Assembly (NCBI GenBank): GCA_965237985.1
Contig: OZ250161.1
Span: 1,701,677 to 1,765,676 of the forward strand
Reading direction: 5' to 3'
Origin: Candidatus Oxydemutatoraceae bacterium
GTDB taxonomy: Bacteria > Pseudomonadota > Gammaproteobacteria > Poriferisulfidales > Oxydemutatoraceae
Length of the DNA: 64,000 nt
Shown: positions 8,828 to 22,200 of the stretch, one piece after another
How positions within the stretch are numbered: the first letter of the stretch is position 1
Layout of the letters: each line of letters starts with the position of its first letter
The notes under the pieces: generated by a model
Seen by the model: the letters and a program-made list of their open reading frames with translations, nothing else
What the model was told of the DNA's origin: nothing
Database searches by the model: none
Made by a program: the position numbers and the translations under genes

Positions 8828-11800
8828 TTTGGCTGGGGCAGCTGGCGGGCGGTCCGGTCCTTTTGTTCTGGCCACGTGTTGCTGCCTGGCTGTGCCAGTG
8901 AATGGGAATCTTTTGAGGCCAGCTGGCGGTGTCGTTTTCAACTGCCGTGCGGAGCTGATCGGCGTGGTGGCCGAGGACCAGATGCAAGGCATCCGGTGCC
9001 AGTTGTGTGATGGTGTCAAGCGTATACGCGAGCATGGGTTTTCCGGCCAGGTCCAGCAAAGGTTTGGGCCTGCTGGTAGCGGTTCGTTTGCCCTCGCCGG
9101 CGGCCAGCAAAATGACGGCTTTTCTCGTTTTATGCATTTTGGCTGGGGCAGCTGGCGGGCGGTCCGGTCCTTTTGTTCTGGCCGCGTGTTGCTGCCTGGC
9201 TGTGCCAGTGAATGGGAATCTTTTGAGGCCAGCTGGCGGTGTCGTTTTCAACTGCCGTGCGCGGAGCTGATCGGCGTGGTGGCCGAGGACCAGATGCAAG
9301 GCATCCGGTGCCAGTTGTGTGATGGTGTCAAGCGTATACGCGAGCATGGGTTTTCCGGCCAGGTCCAGCAAAGGTTTGGGCCTGCTGGTAGCGGTTCGTT
9401 TGCCCTCGCCGGCGGCCAGCAAAATGACGGCTTTTCTCGTTTTATGCATTTTGGCTGGGGCAGCTGGCGGGCGGTCCGGTCCTTTTGTTCTGGCCACGTG
9501 TTGCTGCCTGGCTGTGCCAGTGAATGGGAATCTTTTGAGGCCAGCTGGCGGTGTCGTTTTCAACTGCCGTGCGGAGCTGATCGGCGTGGTGGCCGAGGAC
9601 CAGATGCAAGGTATCCGGTGCCAGTTGTGTGATGGTGTCAAGCGTATACGCGAGCATGGGTTTTCCGGCCAGGTCCAGCAAAGGTTTGGGCCTGCTGGTA
9701 GCGGTTCGTTTGCCCTCGCCGGCGGCCAGCAAAATGACGGCTTTTCTCGTTTTATGCATTTTGGCTGGGGCAGCTGGCGGGCGGTCCGGTCCTTTTGTTC
9801 TGGCCGCGTGTTGCTGCCTGGCTGTGCCAGTGAATGGGAATCTTTTGAGGCCAGCTGGCGGTGTCGTTTTCAACTGCCGTGCGCGGAGCTGATCGGCGTG
9901 GTGGCCGAGGACCAGATGCAAGGCATCCGGTGCCAGTTGTGTGACGGTGTCAAGCGTATACGCGAGCATGGGTTTTCCGGCCAGGTCCAGCAAAGGTTTG
10001 GGCCTGCTGGTAGCGGTTCGTTTGCCCTCGCCGGCGGCCAGCAAAATGACGGCTTTTCTCGTTTTATGCATTTTGGCTGGGGCAGCTGGCGGGCGGTCCG
10101 GTCCTTTTGTTCTGGCCGCGTGTTGCTGCCTGGCTGTGCCAGTGAATGGGAATCTTTTGAGGCCAGCTGGCGGTGTCGTTTTCAACTGCCGTGCGCGGAG
10201 CTGATCGGCGTGGTGGCCGAGGACCAGATGCAAGGTATCCGGTGCCAGTTGTGTGATGGTGTCAAGCGTATACGCGAGCATGGGTTTTCCGGCCAGGTCC
10301 AGCAAAGGTTTGGGCCTGCTGGTAGCGGTTCGTTTGCCCTCGCCGGCGGCCAGCAAAATGACGGCTTTTCTCGTTTTATGCATTTTGGCTGGGGCAGCTG
10401 GCGGGCGGTCCGGTCCTTTTGTTCTGGCCGCGTGTTGCCTGGCGTGCCAGTGAATGGGAATCTTTTGAGGCCAGCTGGCGGTGTCGTTTTCAACTGCCGT
10501 GCGAGGAGCTGATCGGCGTGGTGGCCGAGGACCAGATGCAAGGCATCCGGTGCCAGTTGTGTGACGGTGTCAAGCGTATACGCGAGCATGGGTTTTCCGG
10601 CCAGGTCCAGCAAAGGTTTGGGCCTGCTGGTAGCGGTTCGTTTGCCCTCGCCGGCGGCCAGCAAAATGACGGCTTTTCTCGTTTTATGCATTTTGGCTGG
10701 GGCAGCTGGCGGGCGGTCCGGTCCTTTTGTTCTGGCCGCGTGTTGCTGCCTGGCTGTGCCAGTGAATGGGAATCTTTTGAGGCCAGCTGGCGGTGTCGTT
10801 TTCAACTGCCGTGCGCGGAGCTGATCGGCGTGGTGGCCGAGGACCAGATGCAAGGCATCCGGTGCCAGTTGTGTGACGGTGTCAAGCGTATACGCGAGCA
10901 TGGGTTTTCCGGCCAGGTCCAGCACCTGCTGGTGCCGGTTCGTTTGCCCTCGCCGGCGGCCAGCAAAATGACGGCTTTTCTCGTTTTATGCATTTTGGCT
11001 GGGGCAGCTGGCGGGCGGTCTGGTCCTTTTGTTCTGGCCGCGTGTTGCTGCCTGGCTGTGCCAGTGAATGGGAATCTTTTGAGGCCAGCTGGCGGTGTCG
11101 TTTTCAACTGCCGTGCGCGGAGCTGATCGGCGTGGTGGCCGAGGACCAGATACAAGGCATCCGGTGCCAGTTGTGTGACGGTGTCAAGCGTATACGCGAG
11201 CATGGGTTTTCCGGCCAGGTCCAGCAAAGGTTTGGCCTGCTGGTAGCGGTTCGTTTGCCCTCGCCGGCGGCCAGCAAAATGACGGCTTTTCTCGTTTTAT
11301 GCATTTTGGCTGGGGCAGCTGGCGGGCGGTCCGGTCCTTTTGTTCTGGCCGCGTGTTGCTGCCTGGCTGTGCCAGTGAATGGGAATCTTTTGAGGCCAGC
11401 TGGCGGTGTCGTTTTCAACTGCCGTGCGCGGAGCTGATCGGCGTGGTGGCCGAGGACCAGATGCAAGGCATCCGGTGCCAGTTGTGTGACGGTGTCAAGC
11501 GTATACGCGAGCATGGGTTTTCCGGCCAGGTCCAGCAAAGGTTTGGGCCTGCTGGTGCCGGTTCGTTTGCCCTCGCCGGCGGCCAGCAAAATGACGGCTT
11601 TTCTCGTTTTATGCATTTTGGCTGGGGCAGCTGGCGGGCGGTCCGGTCCTTTTGTTCTGGCCGCGTGTTGCTGCCTGGCTGTGCCAGTGAATGGGAATCT
11701 TTTGAGGCCAGCTGGCGGTGTCGTTTTCAACTGCCGTGCGCGGAGCTGATCGGCGTGGTGGCCGAGGACCAGATACAAGGCATCCGGTGCCAGTTGTGTG

Positions 11801-12368
11801 ACGGTGTCAAGCGTATACGCGAGCATGGGTTTTCCGGCCAGGTCCAGCAAAGGTTTGGCCTGCTGGTAGCGGTTCGTTTGCCCTCGCCGGCGGCCAGCAA
11901 AATGACGGCTTTTCTCGTTTTATGCATTTTGGCTGGGGCAGCTGGCGGGCGGTCTGGTCCTTTTGTTCTGGCCGCGTGTTGCTGCCTGGCTGTGCCAGTG
12001 AATGGGAATCTTTTGAGGCCAGCTGGCGGTGTCGTTTTCAACTGCCGTGCGCGGAGCTGATCGGCGTGGTGGCCGAGGACCAGATGCAAGGCATCCGGTG
12101 CCAGTTGTGTGATGGTGTCAAGCGTATACGCGAGCATGGGTTTTCCGGCCAGGTCCAGCAAAGGTTTGGGCCTGCTGGTAGCGGTTCGTTTGCCCTCGCC
12201 GGTTCGGCCCTCGCCGTTTTATGCGGCCAGCAAAATGACGGCTTTTCTCGTTTTATGCATTTTGGCTGGGGCAGCTGGCGGGCGGCCCTCGCCGGCGGCC
12301 AGCCGGTCCTTTTGTTGGCTGGCCGCGTGTTGTTCTGCCTGGCTGTGTTCCTGCCTGGCTGTGTTCCT
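8575..12368. repeat. Tandem array of about 12 copies of a ~310-312 bp unit (about 60 bp upstream plus the first ~84 codons of glmU)
   Basis: Unit starts cctggctgtgccagtgaatgggaatc at about 8575, 8885, 9195, 9507, 9817, 10129, 10437, 10749, 11051, 11362, 11674 and 11985. The final copy is scrambled at about 12200-12368. Copies differ by small indels and SNPs. Confidence 0.97.
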
Positions 12369-12392
12369 GAGTCGGTGCAGTCATATTGCAAA

Positions 12393-13253
12393 TCATAAAA
12401 AGCGCAACGTGTCTTCGCAGATATGGACAAGCGTTTTGGTCGGGCTCATGAAGTGCGACACGAAGGGGACTTCAACCACTGCCGGATCGCCGGTCCTGCG
12501 CGCTTCGTTGCTGACCAGAAAATCAACCCCAGAAACCTGCTTCATGGTGGCAATCACTTCTTTCACAGTATAGCTTTTGCCGCTGCCAAGACATTCGTAT
12601 TCTCGCCTGGAAGGAGGCTGTTCAACCGCCTGGGTCACCGCGTCTGCGACATCCGACACGTGGATGTAATCGCGCACACAGGTGCCGTCTTTGGTGTCGT
12701 AGTCGCTGCCGTAAATGGCGACCTGTGGTTCTTCTCCGCGAACGGCCATGGCTACTTTGCGCAACAGGTGCGTGGGTTCATTGAAATTCCTGAAGCCGTT
12801 GGAGCCGCTGACGTTGAAAAAACGCAATATCGTCTGTGCCGGGCACAATTCTCTGATGATTTCTTCAGCCGCGACTTTTGATTTTGCATAAGGTGAAACT
12901 GGGGCGAAGGCTCCACCGGTGGACGCAAACACGAATTTCTCGAACTCAAGTTCGTGAATCACATTCATGGTTCCGAATGTATTGCTCAAATAATAGTTGC
13001 TTGGCTTTGCCATGGATTCCTCGACGGACACCAGCGCGGCACAGTGGACCACGCTGTCGTATCTTCGAGTCTGGGACTCGGATGCGGGGAGTGTCTGCCG
13101 GATGTCCCAAGGGAAAAAGCGCTTGGTGTACGCCTGGATGTCGTTTCCGGAATCTTCCAGGTCTGTCGCGACTACGGTGTGGCCGTTTTTGTTCAGCGCT
13201 TGGACAACGTGCGAACCAATGTAGCCTCGCGCGCCAGTGACCAGAACCTTCAA
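12393..13253 (-). CDS. NAD-dependent epimerase/dehydratase, short GalE-like
   Basis: VLVTGARGYIGSH, HCAALVSVEES, YAKSK (YxxxK), LRFFNV and YDTKDGTCVRDYIHV. Confidence 0.88.
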   Translation of the reverse strand: MKVLVTGARGYIGSHVVQALNKNGHTVVATDLEDSGNDIQAYTKRFFPWDIRQTLPASESQTRRYDSVVHCAALVSVEESMAKPSNYYLSNTFGTMNVIHELEFEKFVFASTGGAFAPVSPYAKSKVAAEEIIRELCPAQTILRFFNVSGSNGFRNFNEPTHLLRKVAMAVRGEEPQVAIYGSDYDTKDGTCVRDYIHVSDVADAVTQAVEQPPSRREYECLGSGKSYTVKEVIATMKQVSGVDFLVSNEARRTGDPAVVEVPFVSHFMSPTKTLVHICEDTLRFL

Positions 13254-13362
13254 AATCTTTCTCCGGCAAGTGATGGCATCGGCGTCCCCCCCCTCTTCCT
13301 GCCACGGGGTTCGGCGGTCGGAGGAAGACCCGGGAGCTCGCTTCGGAATCTCGCTCCCAAGC

Positions 13363-14142
13363 TCAACATTTTTTTCGTTCCTGTGGCTGGTCGCATGAAT
13401 TGGAGAGCGCGCTGATGGCCCCGCGCAACAAATTGACTTCGCGATTGCTTAAATGCACCCGCTGGAAAATCTGGCGAAATTTTCGCATCACGGTTACGGG
13501 CGCGCGCCCATTGAAAAAAAGCTTTTCTCCAAGAGAGGTCTCGAGATGGGAATACAATAGTTCCACTGCCTGTCCGCTTGCTGGTTCGTCCATCTCGTGC
13601 TTTGCCGCTTTCTCGTGAAAAATACGCTTGCCGCTGGCCAGGTGCCACTCATAGGCGATCACCTGCGCTGCGGAAGCCAAATTCAATGAGCCGAACTGTG
13701 TGTGGCACGGAATATGCAACTGGTATTGACACAAATCCATTTCACGATTGCTGAGCCCGGCACTTTCCCGACCAAAGACGACGGCAAAATTATGTCCGGG
13801 GTGCTCAGTGGCAATAGTGTGCATGGCTTCGCGTGGCACCAGGCATTGCCACCAGGCATGCCGGAGCCGGGCACTGGCGCCGAGCACCACTTGGTGATCC
13901 CGGAGTGCCTCTGCCAGGGTGGCAACGACTTTTGCCTGGTCCAGAATTTCATCCGCCCCGGCTGCCATCGCCGTTGCTTCCGGAGATGGGAAATGTTTCG
14001 GCCTGACCAGAGTCAGGTGTCCGATGCCCATGGTTTTCATGGCCCTGGCGACCCCTCCGATATTTCCCGGGTGAGTGGGTTCGACTAAAACAAAAGTTGG
14101 AGCACCTGAAAGGGGTAGGTTGTTTCGGGGGCCAGGCATCAT
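13363..14142 (-). CDS. trmJ: tRNA (cytidine/uridine-2'-O)-methyltransferase TrmJ/LasT (SPOUT)
   Basis: VLVEPTHPGNIGGVARAMKTMG, VFGRESAGLSN.E and SLNLASAAQVIAYE. Confidence 0.9.
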   Translation of the reverse strand: MMPGPRNNLPLSGAPTFVLVEPTHPGNIGGVARAMKTMGIGHLTLVRPKHFPSPEATAMAAGADEILDQAKVVATLAEALRDHQVVLGASARLRHAWWQCLVPREAMHTIATEHPGHNFAVVFGRESAGLSNREMDLCQYQLHIPCHTQFGSLNLASAAQVIAYEWHLASGKRIFHEKAAKHEMDEPASGQAVELLYSHLETSLGEKLFFNGRAPVTVMRKFRQIFQRVHLSNREVNLLRGAISALSNSCDQPQERKKC

Positions 14143-15260
14143 GGGCTGGGTGGCTGGTGCGCGTATTCAGAAGTAGTGGTGGCGTAGTGTTTGCCGCATT
14201 CGTGTACGGTTTCAACCAGTGCGGCCACGCTTTCCAACTCGGCTTGCGGGGTAATACCATGACCGAGGTTGAAAACGTGGCCGGGGCCGGCTCCGTAGGA
14301 TGCCAGAACTGCCCGGGCTTCACTACGCACTGCGTCTGGCGGAGCCTGCATGACCTGCGGATCCAGGTTGCCTTGCAGTGCCACCTGGCCACGCGTCCAG
14401 CGGCGTGCGCGCCCCAGGTCTACAGTCCAGTCCACCCCCAGCGCGTCGCTGCCGCTGTCGGCGAGGTGTTCGAGCCAGGCACCGCCGCCTTTGGTGAACA
14501 AAATGACTGGAATGCGTTCTCCGTCGTGGTGGCGAATGAGTTTTTCCATGACTCGCTTTGATGTGGCCAGCGAAAAGCGCAAAAACTTGCTTTCCGTCAG
14601 CAGTCCGCCCCAACTGTCAAAAATCATTGCGACGCGGGCACCAGATTCTATTTGTGCATTCAAAGAGGAAGCAATGCCTTCACTCAGCATGTCCAACAGC
14701 GTGTCCAGCAGGTCCGGCCGTTCAATCATCATGCGCCTGGCGTATGGAAAATTTTGTTTTGCAGAACCGTCAATCATGTATGCGGCCAGTGTCCAGGGGC
14801 TCCCGGCAAACCCGATGAGTGGCAATTTCCCCTCCAGCTCCGTGCATACGGAACGGATTGCCGCGCACAGGTAGTCGAGGTCTTCTCTGGCGTTTGCGAC
14901 GCGCAATTTTTTCAAATCCTTCTCGCAGCGTATCGGTTCTGGAAAAAATGGGCCGCTTCCTTCTTTGAAATTCAGTTCAAGCCCCATGGCTTCCGCCACG
15001 ACCAGGATGTCGGAGAAAATAATCGCGGCATCCAGAGGGAACCTTCGCAATGGTTGAAGTGTGGCTTCGCACGCGAACTCGGGAGTTTTACAAAGTCGCA
15101 AAAAAGATCCCGCCTGCTTTCGCAATTTGCGGTACTCGGGGAGGTAGCGCCCCGCCTGGCGCATAATCCAGATCGGAACAGTCGGGCAGGGTTCTCTGAA
15201 CAGAGCGCGAATCAAGAGATCGTTGCGCGCACTCTTCGCCTGGGGACCGGTTGGGGACAA
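14139..15260 (-). CDS. hemE: Uroporphyrinogen decarboxylase
   Basis: PIWIMRQAGRYLPEYR, AAIIFSDIL, LIGFAGSPWTL and HVFNLGHGI. Confidence 0.98.
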   Translation of the reverse strand: MSPTGPQAKSARNDLLIRALFREPCPTVPIWIMRQAGRYLPEYRKLRKQAGSFLRLCKTPEFACEATLQPLRRFPLDAAIIFSDILVVAEAMGLELNFKEGSGPFFPEPIRCEKDLKKLRVANAREDLDYLCAAIRSVCTELEGKLPLIGFAGSPWTLAAYMIDGSAKQNFPYARRMMIERPDLLDTLLDMLSEGIASSLNAQIESGARVAMIFDSWGGLLTESKFLRFSLATSKRVMEKLIRHHDGERIPVILFTKGGGAWLEHLADSGSDALGVDWTVDLGRARRWTRGQVALQGNLDPQVMQAPPDAVRSEARAVLASYGAGPGHVFNLGHGITPQAELESVAALVETVHECGKHYATTTSEYAHQPPSP

Positions 15261-15283
15261 ATTCTAGATTTGGTCTGACGACA

Positions 15284-16726
<1,443 letters not shown>

Positions 16727-16957
16727 TTACACCCTGCGTGGGTTGTAGATGGTGCTTTTTGGGGACTCAGAAATCAGGCGCCTTTTTCTGTTGCGTTTGC
16801 GTGAGAGGATCAGTTTGCGCTTGCGGGTCTCCGCAGGTTTTTCGTAACACTCTCTACGTCTGGCTTCCGCCAATATGCCAGCCTTTTCGCAAGAGCGCCT
16901 GAATCGGCGCAATGCAATGTCGACTGACTCGTTTTCCCTTAGTCTTATGCTCGGCAT
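16727..16957 (-). CDS. rpsU: 30S ribosomal protein S21
   Basis: [40 protein letters not shown]. Confidence 0.97.
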   Translation of the reverse strand: MPSIRLRENESVDIALRRFRRSCEKAGILAEARRRECYEKPAETRKRKLILSRKRNRKRRLISESPKSTIYNPRRV

Positions 16958-17119
16958 TCCCCCCTCGGTTGGTTAGCAATTTTGGTTGATGACAAACCCG
17001 CTATTCTATATCCGCTTAGGTCCTGGCGGCAAGTTTGGTGAATCGCGTCTGCGGGAAACATGATCATGTCCGCTTTTTCAGCCCATTGCTTCCCTGTTGG
17101 AAGCTGAAGTGTTGCTACC

Positions 17120-18966
17120 GGCTGCCAGGCTGCCGGAGGACGTGCCGTGGCCGGCGGTGCGCAATGTCGTCTCAGCGGGCGACTCTGTGCACGGGCGAAG
17201 TCTGGCGAGTGCCGTGCCGGAGGATGTGCCGCGGACCGGCGGTGCGCAATGTCGTCTCAGCGGGCGACTCTGCCTGCACGGGATTTCCGAAGTCTGGCGA
17301 GCTGCCAGGCCGCCGAGGACGTGTCGTGGACCGGCGGTGCGCAATGTCATCTCAGCGGGCGACTCTGCCTGCACGGGATTTCCGAGGACGTGTCTGGTGC
17401 GCTGCCAGGTTGCCGGAGGAGTCTGGCGAGTGCCGCGGGACCGGCGGTGCGCAATGTCATCTCAGCGGGCGACTCTGCCTGCACGGGATTTCCGAAGTCT
17501 GGCGAGCTGCCAGGCTGCCGGAGGATGTGCCGCGGACCGGCGTGTGCGCAATGTCATCTCAGCGGGCGACTCTGCCTGCACGGGATTTTCGAAGTCTGGC
17601 GAGCTGCCAGGCCGCCGAGGACGTGTCATGGGCCGGCGGTGCGCAATGTCGTCTCAGTGAGCGGCTCTGCCTGCACGGGATTTCCGAAGTCTGGCGAGCT
17701 GCCAGGTTGCCGGAGGATGTGCCGCGGACCGGCGGTGCGCAATGTCGTCTCAGCGGGCGACTCTGCCTGCACGGGATTTCCGAAGTCTGGCGAGTTGAGG
17801 TTGCCGGAGGTGTGCCGCGGACCGGCGGTGCGCAATGTCATCTGCGGGCGACTCTGCCTGCACGGGATTTCCGATGTCGGCGGTGCGCAATGTCGTCTCA
17901 GTCATCTCAGCGGGCGGCTCCACCTGCAACGGGATTTCCGAAGTCTGGCGAGCTGCCAGGCCGCCGAGGACGTGTCGTGGGCCGGCGGTGCGCAATGTCG
18001 TCTCAGCGGGCGGCTCTGCCTGCACGGGATTTCCGAAGTCTGGCGAGCTGCCAGGCCGCCTGTGCCGCGGGCCGGCGGTGCGCAATGTCATCTCAGCGGG
18101 CGACTCTGCCTGCACGGGATTTTCGAAGTCTGGCGAGCTGCCAGGCCGCCGAGGACGTGTCGTGGGGCGGCGGTGCGCAATGTCATCTCAGCGGGCGACT
18201 CTGCCTCGTGCCGGAGGATGTGCCGCGGACCGGTGGTGCGCAATGTCATCTCAGCGGGCGGCTCCACCTGCAACGGGATTTCCGAAGTCTGGCGAGCTGC
18301 CAGGCTGCCGGAGGACGTGCCGCGGGCCGGCGGTGCGCAATGTCATCTCAGCGAGCGGCTCTGCCTGCACGGGATTTCCGAAGTCTGGCGAGCTGCCAGG
18401 TTGCCGGAGGATGTGCCGCGGACCGACGGTGCGCAATGTCATCTCAGCGGCGGCTCTGCCTGCACGGGATTTCCGAAGTCTGGCGAGCTGCCAGGTTGCC
18501 GGAGGATGTGCCGCGGACCGGCGGTGCGCAATGTCATCTCAGCGGGCGGCTCCACCTGCAACGGGATTTCCGAAGTCTGGCGAGCTGCCAGGCTGCCGGA
18601 GGACGTGCCGCGGGCCGGCGGTGCGCAATGTCGTCTCAGCGAGCGGCTCTGCCTGCACGGGATTTCCGAGGTCTGGCGAGCTGCCAGGCCGCCGAGGACG
18701 TGCCGCGGACCGACGGTGCGCAATGTCGTCTCAGCGAGCGGCTCTGCCTGCACGGGATTTCCGAAGTCTGGCGAGCTGCCAGGTTGCCGGAGGATGTGCC
18801 GCGGACCGGCGGTGCGCAATGTCGTCTCAGCGGGCGGCTCTGCCTGCACGGGATTTCCGAGGTCTGGCGAACTGCCAGGCTGCCGGAGGACGTGCCGCGG
18901 GCCGGCGGTGCGCAATGTCATCTCAGCGGGCGACTCTACCTGCACGGGATTTCCGAAGTCTGGCGA
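17120..18966. repeat. Tandem array of about 20 copies of a ~96 bp GC-rich unit (95-97 bp, some internally deleted)
   Basis: Consensus ggcggtgcgcaatgtcRtctcagcgggcgRctctgcctgcacgggatttccgaagtctggcgagctgccaggYtgccggaggaYgtgccgcggRcc. The caatg motif recurs at 18529, 18626, 18721, 18817 and 18913. Confidence 0.95.
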
Positions 18967-19265
18967 CACGAGGGCGATACAGACCTGGAAGCAATGGTCG
19001 CGGAAAACCCGGCAAGCGGCGGCGGGGGAGGCAGTTCAAGCCATGTTCTGTGATCTTGGCATCGGGATTTGAGTCTCCTCTGGATGCCGCGTTTTCGGCC
19101 TGTACGAGCAAGATGATCAGGCACGATTGGTGGCACCGTCTGTCAGTTCGTCAAGGTCGTCGCTACCGTGACAATGGTGCACGGGCAAGCGTGGTTTCGT
19201 GTTGTTTGCCGCACCCGGCTACACGAGGAACGTGCAGCATGCGGGTTTGGCACCAGTTCGGTGTT

Positions 19266-22200
19266 TTATCTGACTACTCCGCTCAGAAACACTTTCAAGC
19301 GGAGCCTCACAACTTTCTGGCGTTCGACTGTCAGCATGATGTCGTTACTGCGTTCGCCGGCAGCAACGCGTACCATGAACATGGCCTCATCCAGGTCCCT
19401 CGGAACCAATAGTTTCAGCCTGGCTTGCCCGGCACCGTGGTTTTCCAGGAACTTTGCCGAGGTTCCTGATGTCGGGCCGCCAATCAGGCTCCAGGTCAAT
19501 CCGACGCGCGGCAGCAGGGTGTTCAGCGACACTACCAGGTCTTGGCTATGGGATGAAATGGTTTTGTTCAGGGGGGTGCTGTGGGCAAAAAGTGGGGCAG
19601 CGTCACTATTCTGCAGGCGTACAAATACCTGGTCTGTTTTGCCGCGGCCTTCCTCGCCGGCCACTTTGATTAAAAAACCAGTGCCGTCGATTTCCTCGCC
19701 AGAAAGCCTCGAATAGCGGACCAAGACTTCAGATGTCCCTGAAACCGTGTCTGAACTTTCCTCGCTGCTACCGTTCATAAAGTGCGCTACTGTGTAATCG
19801 CTGTAGGGATTTACAATCGTCCACACCCAGCTTTGCGGAGAGCCACCCTGGGCGACTGCGCGCAGAGTCACAGCCCGCGATTCTGGAGCGACATGCACGG
19901 TGACCTTGTCAGTTTCTAAAACTCCGTTGCCGGAAATTTCGCTGATCACCGGTGGCGCATCCACTTGGCGAACGATAACCCGTGTTTCAGCAGTGGCTCC
20001 CAGTGGGTCCCGGGTCGATACTGTGAATCCCCCCGTTGATTTTGATCCTTCCGGACGAGTGAACTGCACTTGGACGCTGGCGCCCGTGGCTCTTGTCGTA
20101 ATCTGGTTGTTGACCAAGAAGTTGAGCGTACTTTCTTCGGGCGTGCCCGCAATTCGCTGTGCAGACCACTCCAGCACATCCAGATCCTCCGGAACCTGGA
20201 CACCGGCAAGCAGTTCAAGGGATGCCCGACTGTCCTGTGTTGGGATGTCCAGATACCGTTCCCTCCCTCCCGATATGGTCGGAGGTTCACTCGGTGTTAC
20301 CAAAACCGTGATTTTGGCAGTTCCGTAGTTTCCCGTAACCCATACAAAAAATTGGTCATTTTCTCGAATTTCTTCCTTGGGCTGATACACCATGGTGGTC
20401 AGGGTGCCCGTTCCGGTGCTTGTGCAGGCGTTTTCATCCACGCCTGACAAAAAACAGATACGTCCTCTCTGCGGACCGGAATTCGGCGGAACCCACCATT
20501 CCAGGAAGTCCCTCCTGTCAGCCCGGGCACGCAAAGTCAAGGTCTTGCTCGATCTGTCGCCAGAAACCATACGCAGTATCGCTTCACCGTCAGACAGAAT
20601 CAGGGGTGGTGAGTCTGCCGCAGGTTGCGTGGTAAATGAATATTCTGTCATCGTTTTTCCCTCGTCGTTAGAGGTAGTGATGGCCACCCTGTGGCGGGAA
20701 TTACTTTGCAAACCTGGAAATTTTATTGTGATCTGGGGCAACTGATTGTCCAGGACTGAGGGGGTGCCCAAGGCAACTTTCCATTCTGCTATCGGCGTGA
20801 GATTGCCTTCCTGAAAAATCTGCAGGAAGTGTTCCAGGTTTGCATTTGTGCCGTTGGCTGCACCTTGGTTATAGCTGTCGTTTTTAGGAGCTGCCAGGGT
20901 GACATGCGTCTCCGTTACCCCTTCCCAAATCTGGATTTCAAGGGCTCTTGGCAAGTTCGGCAGACGAAAATGACCGGTTGCCGGATGACTCACCACTCCC
21001 ATCACTTTTGTGCGAACGGAATAGCTGACTGTGCTGCCGTTTTGGTATTCTGTTTGGATCCAAGCCAGGTGTTCATCGCGAATTTCAAAGCTTGTGGCAG
21101 TAACGTTTCGTACCAATCCTGAGATTTCCAGTTCGTGAAAGTCCACCAAAGATTCTGAACTTTGCCACTCCAATTTCAGCTTGGTGGAAAATTCCCACCT
21201 GGACACCAGCCCCTTTGGCGAAGCCGGGATCCTGGTCAGCCCGGTCAGTACGGGAAGCGTCCGGGCACTGCCAAAATGCCAGGACTCTGCGCTCCAGCCG
21301 GAATATGTCGCGGCTTCTTCGCACTTGCTGTCTGGCTTCGTCGGGCATTGCAGCTGTTTCAGAGTGCGTGGGAAGCTTTCCCGAATGTCTCCAGTGCTTA
21401 TGTCACCGATATTGGTGCCCGCGAAATCGTGTGCCAAAACCGTTCCGGCAACCTTGCCTGCCGAATAGCTGTAGCTGATGGACCACAGGTTGTATCCCGC
21501 AAAGCCACCTACCCAACGGTTTCCTTGTATGAATCCGGATGCGTAGCTGCCTGTGACTGTGGAGTTTGAAAAGTTCACGCCCACGAAACCACCCACCCGT
21601 TCATTTCCTGAAACCCTGCCGGTTGCGTAACTGTTGGCAATTTGTCCGTTGTTCACACCGACAAAGCCACCCAGATTGTGACTTCCTGAGACTGGGCCAG
21701 TCGCGTAGCTGTGGGTGATGAGGCCAAAGTTATTGCCTGTATGACCTCCCATGAAGCTGTTGAACGAAGCAGCCACAGGGCCTGGTCTGGGGTTCCCACG
21801 AACAGCTCCGGTCGCGTAGCTGTAGCTGATGTGGCCAAAATTAGCCCCCACGAGCCCCCCGGCGTCGCCATTTCCTGTGACCGACCCCGTGGCATAGCTG
21901 CGGGTAATGGTCCCCTGACGGTTTCTACCCACCAGACCGCCAATCTGTCGCGACAAACTGACCACCTTGCCAGTCGCGTAGCAACCAAGAATGTGCCCGC
22001 CAAGGTTGTCGCCTGCAAAGCCACCTACCCGGGAGGCATTGCCGCTTACCTGACCGGACGAAGAACTGTTTTTGATGGTGTTGACGTTCTGCCCGACAAA
22101 GCCGCCCAGCATGAAGGCAGAGGCCTTCTCAGTCCGCACCACCACGTGGCTGTGGCTGTTACTGATGATGCCTTCGTTCTTCCCCACCAGGCCGCCTGCC

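Noticed and set aside
7469-9010. Long antisense ORFs over glmU (also over polA, ftsH and others)
   Set aside because: They are shadow ORFs of well-supported genes on the opposite strand.
8697-12573. Numerous ORFs on both strands within the glmU array
   Set aside because: They are repeat-derived truncated or shadow frames, not independent genes.
17120-18966. CRISPR array interpretation of the 96-bp array (and of the other arrays)
   Set aside because: There are no unique spacers, the whole unit repeats, and no cas genes are present.
19045-19200. Possible decayed tsaD 5' remnant divergent from rpsU (VILA.G.ES..D / GLYE...LVA / HRL..Q...RD.G)
   Set aside because: The position fits the usual rpsU/tsaD synteny, but the resemblance needs several frameshifts and is too weak without a search.
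17035-19412. Long 525-672 aa ORFs over the 96-bp array as real genes
   Set aside because: They arise in all three frames because the unit lacks stops. Frequent non-triplet indels argue against selection on one frame.
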